Of a DNA stretch of 64,000 nucleotides, positions 9,836 through 19,273 are shown piece by piece. The notes beneath the pieces are model-generated. The model saw only the letters and a list, made by a program, of their open reading frames with translations, was not told the DNA's origin and did not search any database. Made by a program: the position numbers and the translations under genes. The DNA comes from Truepera sp. (GTDB lineage: Bacteria; Deinococcota; Deinococci; Deinococcales; Trueperaceae): positions 2,304,001 to 2,368,000 of the forward strand of contig CBDCKW010000009.1 in NCBI GenBank assembly GCA_965218435.1, given 5' to 3'. Within the stretch, counting starts at the first letter, position 1. Each line of letters starts with the position of its first letter.

Positions 9836-10657
9836 TTAGGGTCGAGCGGGCTGCTCCACAAGTTTTGTACTGGCTTTTGTACCTGGTTTTGTGCCGGGTT
9901 TTTCGCCCGTGTGCAGCGCCGAGACGCCAAAGGTCTGCAGCTCGTAACGGACACCGCGAAAACCGGCGCGTTCCATCCGCGCGGCGAGCACTTTGGGCGG
10001 CGGAAACTTAAGCACGGAATCCGGTAGATAAGTGTACGCGCTTTTGCGGCCCGAGATGAGGCCACCGAGCCTGGGCAACACCTGCAAAAAGTAAAATCTA
10101 AAGAGGGTGCCGAACACACCTTTAGGCGGCGGCGGAAACTCCAGAACAACGAGTTTGCCACCGGGTCTGAGGACGCGGTAAAACTCTGCCAAGCCTTTGT
10201 CCAAGTCGGCAAAGTTGCGCAGACCGTAAGCAATCGTCAGGGCGTCAAAAGAGGCGTCGGGATAGGGCAGGGCGAGACCGTCACCTTGCTCGAGCCTCAC
10301 CGAAACACCCTGTTCTTTAGCTTTGCGGCGACCAACCGAGAGCATCGCCTCGACAAAATCTACACCGATCACTTCTGCGCCGGGTCGGTATTTTTTAAGG
10401 GCCAAAGCCAGGTCTGCCGTACCGGTCGCTACGTCTAACACATGCGTTGCGCCGCCCGCAAAAGCCGCCTTTGTTGCGTCTTTGCGCCAGCCTTTGTCGA
10501 ACCCAAAGCTGAGCACGGTGTTAAGCAGATCGTAGCGCCGCGCAATGGCTGAAAACATCTCATGAACCTGCGCGGCTTTGCCCGCTCCCGCTCCGTCCCC
10601 GCTTGTACTTGACCCGCTTGGACTCGGTTGCGGCGGCGTGGGCGAAGAGGCTTTCAT
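9836..10657 (-). CDS. menG: Demethylmenaquinone methyltransferase UbiE/MenG
   Basis: MFSAIARRYDLLN.VLSFG, VLDVATGTADL, YGLRN, RVLRPGG, AYTYLPDSV. Confidence 0.92.
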   Translation of the reverse strand: MKASSPTPPQPSPSGSSTSGDGAGAGKAAQVHEMFSAIARRYDLLNTVLSFGFDKGWRKDATKAAFAGGATHVLDVATGTADLALALKKYRPGAEVIGVDFVEAMLSVGRRKAKEQGVSVRLEQGDGLALPYPDASFDALTIAYGLRNFADLDKGLAEFYRVLRPGGKLVVLEFPPPPKGVFGTLFRFYFLQVLPRLGGLISGRKSAYTYLPDSVLKFPPPKVLAARMERAGFRGVRYELQTFGVSALHTGEKPGTKPGTKASTKLVEQPARP

Positions 10658-10745
10658 CTTCTTAAAGCTACCACGGGCGTCCCCTTGCAGAGTGTGTCAA
10701 CCCAAGTTTTTGCAGTGTAAGTTAAGCAAAGAACGCGCCAGCTCG

Positions 10746-10994
10746 TTACCTACCTGAGCCGACGTCTTCGACGCGGTTGAGGAAGCCGTACGCCCAATAG
10801 AGCTCGAGCCCCCTTTCGACCGCCCAACACTCCTCGCTGCTGTAGTGAACGAGTAAAAGGCTCCACCGCTCGCCATTCTGCTCACAAAAAGTGAGCCTAT
10901 GTGCGTCAGCCGCAGCCACCTCTACTTGCTCAAGCACATCTGCAACGACGCGTGTCTAATCCGCTTCACGCGCAAAGACCGACAACCAAGTCAT
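10746..10994 (-). pseudogene. Possible degraded small gene with an internal TAG at 10956-10958
   Basis: ATG at 10994 (TACGAT just upstream) gives MTWLSVFAREAD*TRVVADVLEQVEV.., in frame with the 63-aa ORF; family not recognised. Confidence 0.3.
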
Positions 10995-11042
10995 AAAGAT
11001 CGTAGATACGCAGGTCAAACTTTTGGTACTTGTTAAGACGTT

Positions 11043-11339
11043 TTAGCCCAGCAACTGATGCCGTGACAAAAAGCTGTCGAGTTTCGCGCGGCTGAAGTTC
11101 GACAAGCTGGCCGCGTCGCCGTTATAGACGAGCGTCGGCACGCTGCGACGGCCTCCATTGACCTGCATCACATATTCGGCTGCGTCCGGGTCTTCTTCGA
11201 TGTTGACCTCGAGGTAAGGGACCTCGAGTTTCGCCAGCGCCTTTTTAGTCACCACACAGTCGCCGCACCAGCTGGTGGTGTACATCACGAGCGTGCCGGT
11301 TTGAGTCGCTACTTGCTTTGTTTCGGACAGAGTAGACAT
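11043..11339 (-). CDS. Glutaredoxin-like protein (mycoredoxin/NrdH-like)
   Basis: MYTTSWCGDC (CxxC), VNGGRRSVPTL; AGGAGG SD. Confidence 0.88.
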   Translation of the reverse strand: MSTLSETKQVATQTGTLVMYTTSWCGDCVVTKKALAKLEVPYLEVNIEEDPDAAEYVMQVNGGRRSVPTLVYNGDAASLSNFSRAKLDSFLSRHQLLG

Positions 11340-11607
11340 CTCGCCTCCTAAATGTGAGAGATAAGTTAGCGCAGTGCGCGTCTAGGGGTAACGTATCAAC
11401 CTCTTTAGGAGCCCTATGTCGGCTGCTTGACACGGCTGTAAGCTTTCGTTGTCGCTAAAAATGACTTAAGCTGGACAAACAAGTGCAAAAAATAACGCGT
11501 GTCGAGAAGGTGCGAACGGCTAAGCTAGTCAGAGGCGACTCTGGCATAATAAACGTGTTCGCTGTTTTTGCTGTGCGCACGGTGCGCAGCTTCAGCTTTA
11601 GGAAAGG

Positions 11608-12492
11608 TTGAAAATGAAAATTCAGAGGTGGTGTACCGGGGTAGTTGTAGGAATCAGCTTGTTAGGAACGCAGCTTGCTACAGCACAGTCAGCTCAAGGC
11701 GATACGACCGTCGTCGGGGTCGCAGCCGGAACGCCGGACTTTAGCACGTTAGTGAGCGCACTTACGGCGGCCGGACTGACCGAGACCTTACAGGGCAGCG
11801 GGCCGTTTACGGTTTTTGCGCCGACCAACGAGGCGTTCGCCAAACTTTCAGAAGCCGACCTGAACGCGCTCTTAGCTGACCGCGCGGCGCTTACCAGAGT
11901 CTTGACCTATCACGTCGTACTGGGCAGCTTTACGACCGCAGACATTACCGAAGATATGAAGAGCTTCGCTACGCTCGAGGGTAGCCCCCTCCCTATTACC
12001 CAACAGGGCGTCGGCGACGCGGCGGTGACAGCTGTCAATATCCCGGCGTCAAACGGGGTCGTTTTTGCGATTGATACGGTGCTGACGCCACCTGCAGCGG
12101 CAGCTACAGGCAGCGCGGAGAGTGGTGGGGCCGGAGGGCTCTACTCGAGTACCGCCGAGGCGAGTGAACGCTACACGCTTGGCGAAGCGAACGGCAGCGG
12201 CGTGTCGGGGTCGGTACTTGTGGCCGAATACAGCGGGAACCGCACGGTGGTGAGTATTTCACTCTTAGGCACACCGAGCGGCGGCGTTCACCCCGCAGAC
12301 CTCTATTTGGGCAGCTGTAACGACCTGTCGCGGGTTGTGGCTTCGCTCGAACCCGTTTCCGGCGATACCGGGTTTAGCACCACCGTGTTAGATCTGCCTT
12401 TCTCTGATGTTGTTGGCGGCAACCACGCGCTCAACGTCACGGCGTCAGAGGGAGACAGCGCCGCCGTTGCCTGTGGTGAGGTCGGCCAGTAA
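11608..12492 (+). CDS. Secreted fasciclin (FAS1) domain protein with a C-terminal CHRD/SOD-like domain
   Basis: Signal peptide; GPFTVFAPTNEAF, LTYHVV, SNGVVFAIDTVL; second domain SGVSG..HPA..GSC..ACGEV. Confidence 0.82.
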   Translation: MKMKIQRWCTGVVVGISLLGTQLATAQSAQGDTTVVGVAAGTPDFSTLVSALTAAGLTETLQGSGPFTVFAPTNEAFAKLSEADLNALLADRAALTRVLTYHVVLGSFTTADITEDMKSFATLEGSPLPITQQGVGDAAVTAVNIPASNGVVFAIDTVLTPPAAAATGSAESGGAGGLYSSTAEASERYTLGEANGSGVSGSVLVAEYSGNRTVVSISLLGTPSGGVHPADLYLGSCNDLSRVVASLEPVSGDTGFSTTVLDLPFSDVVGGNHALNVTASEGDSAAVACGEVGQ

Positions 12493-12515
12493 CTAACGGC
12501 CCGGTAACTAACGGC
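12489..12515. repeat. 12-bp direct repeat GTAACTAACGGC x2
   Basis: Copies at 12489-12500 and 12504-12515, covering the stop codon. Confidence 0.85.
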
Positions 12516-12535
12516 TATGAACCAGAACTTATCAA

Positions 12536-12568
12536 AGAGCCCATCACGCTGTACTGTGATGGGCTTTC
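12536..12568 (+). terminator. Intrinsic terminator
   Basis: AGCCCATCAC..GTGATGGGCT stem followed by a short T run, then CTCGAG. Confidence 0.7.
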
Positions 12569-12824
12569 TCGAGCAGTCAGGGCTGGTTTAGCAAGTCAGA
12601 AGCCAACATAACCGGTTCAGCGTTATTCACCTCAGCAGATCAAACCGGTTCGGTCGTCCGTTACCGGGGCGCTCGAAAACCTGTTTAGCGTTGTAGGTAA
12701 GGGCGGTATTCGCATAGATACCTTTTTGCTCGTACGCTCGGTACCTGACAGCAAAAGCAAAGATCACCACTGCCCAAGATGGTATAGAGATAGACGGGAT
12801 TAGAGGATAAGCCACGACCGCAGA

Positions 12825-12856
12825 CGTCACACATAAGTATCGTCACACATAAGTAT
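12825..12856. repeat. Perfect 16-bp tandem duplication CGTCACACATAAGTAT x2
   Basis: Read directly from the sequence. Confidence 0.9.
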
Positions 12857-13063
12857 CAGTGCTGCGATATCGGTGTTATCAATACGGGGACGTAGGTGTA
12901 ATCCGCGCCGCGCTGGTCGGACGGCGTAACACGCCTTTTTGCGATCCCGTGTATACTAAATACTTGTGTAACCGTCTCAAACTCTATTGAGGCGGCTGGT
13001 AACCTGAACTTCAAATAAACACATCCGTAACTACGGCAAAGCTCAACCCTTAAAGGACACCCT

Positions 13064-14866
13064 ATGACCTACCGCAACATCGCCATCGTCGCGCACGTTG
13101 ACCACGGCAAAACTACCCTTGTAGACGGACTGCTGCGGCAGTCGCACATCTTCCGCGATAACCAAGAGGTGCGCGACCGCGTGATGGACTCAAACGACCT
13201 CGAGCGCGAACGCGGCATCACGATTTTGGCCAAAAATACCGCTGTCGAGTGGCACGGCACGAAGATCAATATCGTTGATACGCCCGGTCACGCCGACTTT
13301 GGTGGCGAGGTTGAACGCGCCCTTGGGATGGTGGACGGCGTGCTGCTTTTAGTAGACGCCGCCGAAGGTCCGATGCCGCAAACGCGTTTTGTGCTTAAAA
13401 AAGCGTTGGCACTAGGTCTTAAACCGATTGTTGTCATCAACAAAATTGACCGTAAAGACGCTCGCCCCGACGACGTTTTGAACCTCACCTTTGACCTGAT
13501 GGTTGAACTCGGCGCGAACGACGAACAGCTCGACTTTCCGATTGTCTACGCGGTCGCCCGTGAAGGCAAGGCGTGGCTCGAGCTCGGCGAACCCGGCGAC
13601 GACCTTACACCGCTGTTTGAAACGATTATTAAGTACATTCCCGAAGCGGTCGCCGACACCGACGCCCCGTTTCAACTCCAGGTCTCGAACCTCGATTATT
13701 CGGATTATCTAGGCCGCATCGCCATTGGCCGTGTGCTCCGCGGAACGCTGCACAAGGGTGAGAGCGTGCTCCGGCTGACGCGTACCGGCGAGGTGCGGGC
13801 GCGGATTACGAAGCTCTACACGCATTTGGGACTTGCCCGCGTCGAAACCGACGAGGTTTTTGCCGGTGACATCATCGCGCTGACCGGCGTAGACGAGGTG
13901 CAGATCGGCGATACGCTCACCGACCCGAGCGCCCCCGACGCGCTCCCGGTGATGAGCGTGGACGAACCAACGGTTTCAGTGACCTTCAGCCCGAACACGA
14001 GCCCGTTTGCCGGTAAAGAAGGCAAGTACGTCACCTCGCGGCACGTCAAAGACCGCTTGGACCGTGAACTCCTGACGAACGTCGCGCTCCGCGTGGAAGA
14101 ACTCGGCAACGAGAGCTACCGCGTCTCGGGCCGAGGTGAGCTGCACCTCTCGGTCTTGATCGAACAGATGCGCCGCGAAGGGTACGAGTTTTCGGTGTCG
14201 CGCCCCGAGGTCATCTTAAAAGAGGTGGACGGCAAAGTTTACGAGCCGTTCGAACACGTCATTGCCGACGTGCCTGAATCGGTGATGGGCGGTGTGATGG
14301 AGTCGCTCTCAGGCCGCCGCGGGACGCTCGTCAACATGACGCAGGATTTAGGGCGGGCAAGGCTCGAGTTCTCCATCCCGTCACGTGCGCTATTTGGCTA
14401 CCGCACCAACTTTTTATCCATGACGCAGGGCGAAGGACTCTTAAACCACACCTTTGACGGGTACGAACCGCTCGTGGGCGGCCTCAAAACCCGTCAGGGC
14501 GGAAGCTTGGTGGCAATGGAACCCGGTGAAGTCTTCGCCTACAGCATCTTTAAGCTCCAAGACCGCGGCGTGTTTTTTATTGACCCCGGTACCGAAGTCT
14601 ACGTCGGGATGATCGTCGGCGCGAACTCGCGCACGGGCGACATGAACGTCAACGTTACCAAAAACAAAAAGATGACCAATGTGCGGGCGTCGGCTAGTGA
14701 CGACAACATCACCCTGACGCCGCCGAAAAAGCTCACTTTGGAAGAGGCGCTCGAGTACATTACCGACGACGAGCTGTTAGAAATCACGCCTAAGAGCGTC
14801 CGGCTCCGTAAACGCACGCTCGACCCCAATCTGAGGAAAAAAGAAGAGAAGGTCGGGGCTAGCTAA
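13064..14866 (+). CDS. typA: Translational GTPase TypA/BipA
   Basis: [40 protein letters not shown]-terminal DDELLEITP. Confidence 0.97.
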   Translation: MTYRNIAIVAHVDHGKTTLVDGLLRQSHIFRDNQEVRDRVMDSNDLERERGITILAKNTAVEWHGTKINIVDTPGHADFGGEVERALGMVDGVLLLVDAAEGPMPQTRFVLKKALALGLKPIVVINKIDRKDARPDDVLNLTFDLMVELGANDEQLDFPIVYAVAREGKAWLELGEPGDDLTPLFETIIKYIPEAVADTDAPFQLQVSNLDYSDYLGRIAIGRVLRGTLHKGESVLRLTRTGEVRARITKLYTHLGLARVETDEVFAGDIIALTGVDEVQIGDTLTDPSAPDALPVMSVDEPTVSVTFSPNTSPFAGKEGKYVTSRHVKDRLDRELLTNVALRVEELGNESYRVSGRGELHLSVLIEQMRREGYEFSVSRPEVILKEVDGKVYEPFEHVIADVPESVMGGVMESLSGRRGTLVNMTQDLGRARLEFSIPSRALFGYRTNFLSMTQGEGLLNHTFDGYEPLVGGLKTRQGGSLVAMEPGEVFAYSIFKLQDRGVFFIDPGTEVYVGMIVGANSRTGDMNVNVTKNKKMTNVRASASDDNITLTPPKKLTLEEALEYITDDELLEITPKSVRLRKRTLDPNLRKKEEKVGAS

Positions 14867-14884
14867 AAGTCGGTTAAAAAGCCT

Positions 14885-14912
14885 AAACGCGCAGAGAGTT
14901 CTCTGCGCGTTT
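14885..14912 (+). terminator. Intrinsic terminator after typA
   Basis: AAACGCGCAGAG-agtt-CTCTGCGCGTTT perfect stem. Confidence 0.8.
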
Positions 14913-14992
14913 CTGATCTAGGCTCATGCCGCTTTACAGAACGGCTAAAACGAGACACCTAATTTGCTAAGATCGCATCCTAGGAGACAGCT

Positions 14993-15346
14993 ATGGATAA
15001 AGTCAACATCAACGAAGCGTTGAACTCTCTTGAAGAATACTGGTCTCAAAAAACTATCGGTAGGGCTAATGGACAGCTGTTCAAGGTTGCCAAAGGTATC
15101 GGTGAAATCAGATGGCACAAGCATGACGATCAGGACGAGCTTTTTATCTTGTACCAGGGACATTTGACAATTCAGTTACGAGACAAAGATGTCGAGCTAT
15201 ATGAGGGTGATATGTTCGTAGTACCCAAAGGGACTGAGCATTGTCCAAACGCTCATGGAGAGGTTTCATTCGTTATTGTAGGCCTAGACATTACCTCGAA
15301 CGAGGCAGGCGGCAAACCTAGCGAAGTTCGCCGTGTTACTACGTAA
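14993..15346 (+). CDS. Cupin domain protein (AT-richer accessory gene)
   Basis: WHKHDDQDELF and VVPKGTEHCP cupin motifs; AGGAG SD. Confidence 0.88.
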   Translation: MDKVNINEALNSLEEYWSQKTIGRANGQLFKVAKGIGEIRWHKHDDQDELFILYQGHLTIQLRDKDVELYEGDMFVVPKGTEHCPNAHGEVSFVIVGLDITSNEAGGKPSEVRRVTT

Positions 15347-15359
15347 GATTTGCAGTCGG

Positions 15360-16115
15360 CTAATCCTTTGATGAAGTCTTGAGCTCCAACAACACAATCT
15401 CGCTGTAAGGTTCACTCTGCTCGACCTGCGCTTCGCCTTCTTTAACCAGCTCGAGCATCGCGCTAAATGCCACAGTAACCGTCGGCCAGTCTCGAGCTTC
15501 CATCAGCGTAAAAAGCGTGCCGCGCCCCAGCCGTAAGAGACCGGTGCGGAGTTTTTTTAGGGCTGAGGCCAGCGTCAGGCGAGGGGCGGCGAGTTCAAAG
15601 TAGTGCGTGGCGCGGTGACGGGTGGCGAGTTCGGCCAGACGGCCCAGCTTGGTGCTCAGTGGGCGGGCGCGGCGCGGGTAGCTCGGGCGCGGGGCTTGGG
15701 CGCTCAGCAGGTGCCGCCGCGTCTCCCGGCGCTCACGCAAAAAGCCGATGGCTTCTTCAAACGCCTCTAACGCCAACACCGTTTCCAACACCTCTTCGCG
15801 TTCAACTTCAGGGGTTTTGGGTGGTTGCGGCAGTAAGCGCCGGACTTTGAGTTCGATGATGCGGGCCAGCAGCGGCAAGGTCTCGGTGGCGCGGCTCAGG
15901 TCACGCTCAGCGAGGCCCCGGTAAAAGTCGAGATAGTGCTGGACCAGCCCTGATACGTTTACATCGCCCGGTGCGACGCGTTCCGTGCGGAGCGCGTGGG
16001 CCAACTCGCCGAGGGTGCCGCTAAAGGCCGGGGTTTCGACGCGGAAGGGCGCGGCCTCAGCAGTTAAACCGGTAGCTAAACCGGCCGCTACGGTAGCTGA
16101 GGCGTCAGGGGTCAA
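15360..16115 (-). CDS. scpA: Segregation/condensation protein A (kleisin)
   Basis: FSGTLGEL, IIELKVRRLLP, FSAMLELVKEG..VEQSEPYSEI. Confidence 0.82.
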   Translation of the reverse strand: MTPDASATVAAGLATGLTAEAAPFRVETPAFSGTLGELAHALRTERVAPGDVNVSGLVQHYLDFYRGLAERDLSRATETLPLLARIIELKVRRLLPQPPKTPEVEREEVLETVLALEAFEEAIGFLRERRETRRHLLSAQAPRPSYPRRARPLSTKLGRLAELATRHRATHYFELAAPRLTLASALKKLRTGLLRLGRGTLFTLMEARDWPTVTVAFSAMLELVKEGEAQVEQSEPYSEIVLLELKTSSKD

Positions 16116-16794
16116 GCCGCACCTTTTCGGGGGGTTCGGCGACGCGGGTAGAGACGGCCGGAACAGTCTGCAAGTCGGCGCTCAGGTGCTGCGTGTCGTT
16201 TAAGCGCTCGAGCAGCAGCCCGGAAGGAATCGTCACAAAGCTCGTCACACTCGTATGTTCCAGATGAATACGTTTACGCCAAGCTTTAGTATCCATCTGC
16301 AAAATTGCGGCAACGAGGGTTTGAATCGTCCCGGAGTGGGTCACGGCGACGACGTGCGCGTCAGCGGATACGGTACCGGGTAAACTCATCAGCCACGCCT
16401 CAGCGCGTCCGTACAACTCGCCGTAGGACTCGCCGCCGGGGGCAGACGTAAAAAAGGGCGTACGGGTCCAGCTGCGCCACTCAGGAAGTGTCAGCCGCTC
16501 AGATAAGGTAAGCCCTTCAAAGATACCGAAGTTGAGCTCGCTGAGGCGGGCGTCTAAGATGGGCGTATGGCCGGGAAACGCGAATGCAGCGGTGGTGCGG
16601 GCGCGGCTCAGGGGGCTCGAGTAAAGCTGCACCACTTCTCCGGCAAAACGCTTCTGGAGCGCCCGCGCTTGCAACTCACCTAGAGGAGAAAGCGGCACGT
16701 CACTCTGACCCTGCACCCGGCCTCCCAGATTCCAACTTGTAACAGCGTGACGGATAAGTGTAAGACGCATCACAGAGGGAGAGTTTAGCATCAT
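16105..16794 (-). CDS. Histidine phosphatase family protein
   Basis: LIRHA, SSPLSRA, ELNFGIFEG, GGES, VTHSG, LNDTQHL. Confidence 0.88.
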   Translation of the reverse strand: MMLNSPSVMRLTLIRHAVTSWNLGGRVQGQSDVPLSPLGELQARALQKRFAGEVVQLYSSPLSRARTTAAFAFPGHTPILDARLSELNFGIFEGLTLSERLTLPEWRSWTRTPFFTSAPGGESYGELYGRAEAWLMSLPGTVSADAHVVAVTHSGTIQTLVAAILQMDTKAWRKRIHLEHTSVTSFVTIPSGLLLERLNDTQHLSADLQTVPAVSTRVAEPPEKVRLDP

Positions 16795-16979
16795 CTGCGC
16801 GGATATTTGTCAGGCCGTTTAGGTATATCGTGCAGAGACGGCCACACTGAAGGCCACATTCTGTGCCCCCAAGCGTAGTCACGCCGCTGCCCTGTTACTG
16901 TTGCCACTTACCGATGTTTTTTGCCCTGTATGCCAGCCTCCAGCCACGCCCCAAGTACATGAAAACCCGGAATCCGTGA

Positions 16980-17030
16980 CCCAAAGTTCGTGAAAGCCCA
17001 AAGTTCGTGAAAGCTCAAAGTTCGTGAAAG
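16980..17030. repeat. Three tandem 17-bp repeats CYCAAAGTTCGTGAAAG
   Basis: Copies at 16980-16996, 16997-17013 and 17014-17030, with no spacers. Confidence 0.9.
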
Positions 17031-17037
17031 CTATGAC

Positions 17038-17877
17038 GTGAAGGTTAGGGCTAGTGTTGCAAACACACCCAAGATAGCCCTGTGGGAATGGCCGAACGTG
17101 CTCTCGCTCGACGCGCCCCTGATCGCCGCGCTCTGGCAGAGTCTTTTTGTGCAGACGTTTGGCGCGGCGCTCGGCTGGCCCTACGCGCTGCTGCTTTACA
17201 CCGCCGTTTGGCTGATCTACAGCGCCGACCGCTGGCTCGATGGACGGACGCTCGGCGAAAACGCACGCACGCAGCGGCACCTCTTTTACGCGCGGCACCG
17301 AGGCGTGATCTTATGGTGCTGGCTGGGCATCGGCGTGGGCACACTTGTAGCCAGCCTATTTCTTTTGACCTGGAGTCAACTTTTGGGGGGCGCTCTAGTA
17401 GGGTCACTGCTGCTCGGTTATCTTTTGCGGCGTCACCGGGGTGACCGAACGACACACCCCAAAGAGTTGCAGATTGCCGTGATCTTTGCTCTCGGCGTCG
17501 TTTTTTTGCCCCTCTTGAGTGGTCATTTAAGCCTTCGACTGCTCTTTTGCAGCGGGCTTTTTGGCGTGCTTATCTTCCTCAACTGCGCCTATATCGCCCG
17601 CTGGGAGGGCGACCTCGACCAAGAGAGCGCACCTTTTGCCGTTCGCGCCCCGTGGTTTGACGTACATCTAGGCGTCTTGGCTTTGGCCTTTGCCCTAATC
17701 TGCGGCGTCGGTGGGCTGCTGACAGAGGTTTTGCGCCCTCTTTTTGCAGCTCTAACGCTTAGTGCGCTGCTGCTTTACAGCCTCGAGCACCTCTCCTCTG
17801 CCCTCAGCCCCGCCGCGCGCCGGGTGCTCGCAGACGCCGCGCTCTTAACGCCGCTTTTGTGGCTCATCTATGGTTGA
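17038..17877 (+). CDS. Multi-pass membrane protein with UbiA-prenyltransferase-like features
   Basis: About 8 TM segments; NVLSLDAP, WLIYSADRWLD, RHLFY, KEL, LNC, VLADAALLTP. Confidence 0.6.
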   Translation: MKVRASVANTPKIALWEWPNVLSLDAPLIAALWQSLFVQTFGAALGWPYALLLYTAVWLIYSADRWLDGRTLGENARTQRHLFYARHRGVILWCWLGIGVGTLVASLFLLTWSQLLGGALVGSLLLGYLLRRHRGDRTTHPKELQIAVIFALGVVFLPLLSGHLSLRLLFCSGLFGVLIFLNCAYIARWEGDLDQESAPFAVRAPWFDVHLGVLALAFALICGVGGLLTEVLRPLFAALTLSALLLYSLEHLSSALSPAARRVLADAALLTPLLWLIYG

Positions 17878-17895
17878 CATACATGACTAACCCGT

Positions 17896-18558
17896 ATGGC
17901 TGACGAGTTCGGGCGGCTGGCCGGGGTGTACGAGGGGCTCGAGCGCCTCGCCTACGGCAACTTGCTGATGCGCTCACGCACTGCGCTGCTAAACGACTTA
18001 GCCCACGCCGAGCACGTCCTGGTATTGGGAGAGGGCGACGGGCGTTTTTTGGTCGAACTCTTAGCGGCAAATCCGCACTGCTCGGTCACGGTGTTAGATA
18101 GCAGCGCAGGGATGCTGAGGCGGGCTGAGGCTCGAGTGCGAGAGAAGCTGCCGAAGTCACGCTCACGGGTCACCTTTAGACACGCCGACGCCCTGACCGA
18201 AACCTTTGCGCCGAACGCTTACGACGCCCTCGTCACCTGTTTTTTTCTCGACGTGTTTCCAGTTGCGCTGTTAGAACAGCTTGTTCCCAAGCTGGAACAA
18301 ATCCTCACACCCGGCGGCCACTGGCTCCTCGCAGACTTTGCCGCGCCGCAGACGCTCGAGCAACCTCTCCCCCGTTTTTATAGTCAGGTAATGGTACCAC
18401 TGATGTACGCCTTTTTTCGCGCACAGACGGCGCTACCAGCCCGGACATTAGTTCCCCCACAACCTTTTTTGCGCACGGTGGGGCTCGAGCTAGAACACAC
18501 ACGAACCTTTCGTGGCGGTTTCGTCTACGCGCAAATTTGGCACAAATCAATTCGCTGA
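17896..18558 (+). CDS. Class I SAM-dependent methyltransferase
   Basis: VLVLGEGDGRFL, LDSSAGML, YDALVTCFFLD, PGGHWLLADF. Confidence 0.87.
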   Translation: MADEFGRLAGVYEGLERLAYGNLLMRSRTALLNDLAHAEHVLVLGEGDGRFLVELLAANPHCSVTVLDSSAGMLRRAEARVREKLPKSRSRVTFRHADALTETFAPNAYDALVTCFFLDVFPVALLEQLVPKLEQILTPGGHWLLADFAAPQTLEQPLPRFYSQVMVPLMYAFFRAQTALPARTLVPPQPFLRTVGLELEHTRTFRGGFVYAQIWHKSIR

Positions 18559-18594
18559 GAGCAGCAGCGTACCAACCAGTAAAATGTTTGGATT

Positions 18595-19188
18595 ATGACT
18601 GTGCCTCCCGAACTACTCGGTGAACCGAGTTTCTTTTTGATTACCGGCATTATGGCAGCGGGTAAGTCGTCGGTAGCGCAAGCCTTAGCTGAACGGCTAC
18701 CTAAAAGCGTCCATCTGCGCGGCGATGTATTTAGGAAGATGATCGTGGGGGGACAAGCTGAAATCACAAGCCTCGAGCTTTCAAAAGAGGCCGAGGCGCA
18801 GCTCCGGCTCCGCTATCAGCTGGCTGTGTCAACTGCCCGACAGTACTGGGCGGCTGGGTTTTCTGTCGTGTATCAAGACATTATCGTGGGCGAAAGTCTT
18901 CTGGAGATAGTCACCACACTAAACGTCTCTCCGCTTTATGTGGTCGTCCTCTGCCCTAATGCGGAAGTCGTTACAGTCCGTGCTGCAGCGCGGTCTAAAA
19001 GCGGCTACACACCCGACCTCACCCCGACAACCTTCGACCTTGCGCTGCGCCGCGACACGCCACGTTTAGGACTCTGGCTCGATACCTCGGCGCTCAGCGT
19101 CGAGGCAACCGTTGACGCAATCCTGGGAGGGCTCGAGCAGGCCCGTATACCTACCGAAAGCCAGACAAAGCGCCGTGCTGACAGTTAG
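18595..19188 (+). CDS. P-loop small-molecule kinase (AAA_33/CPT-like)
   Basis: ITGIMAAGKSSV Walker A, LRGDVFR, LWLDTS. Confidence 0.8.
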   Translation: MTVPPELLGEPSFFLITGIMAAGKSSVAQALAERLPKSVHLRGDVFRKMIVGGQAEITSLELSKEAEAQLRLRYQLAVSTARQYWAAGFSVVYQDIIVGESLLEIVTTLNVSPLYVVVLCPNAEVVTVRAAARSKSGYTPDLTPTTFDLALRRDTPRLGLWLDTSALSVEATVDAILGGLEQARIPTESQTKRRADS

Positions 19189-19273
19189 CGAGAAATCTCC
19201 CCCGCTATACTAAAGTTATGCGGCGCGTTTGGCCGCTTTGACCCAATCAGCTGGCACAGCAAGGAGTTTTTTT

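Noticed and set aside
9814..10233. N-terminal extension of ORF 9232..10233
   Set aside because: It overlaps menG in another frame; an SD supports the TTG start at 9813.
12489..12515. Resemblance to the 23S rRNA I-CeuI site (TAACTATAACGG)
   Set aside because: It lacks two bases and the flanks are not rRNA-like; this is a stop-codon region duplication.
12627..12830. 67-aa ORF
   Set aside because: No SD or -10 box, no recognisable family, and its start lies inside a tandem duplication.
16980..17030. Possible CRISPR array
   Set aside because: The repeats are 17 bp, directly adjacent with no spacers, and there are no cas genes in the window.
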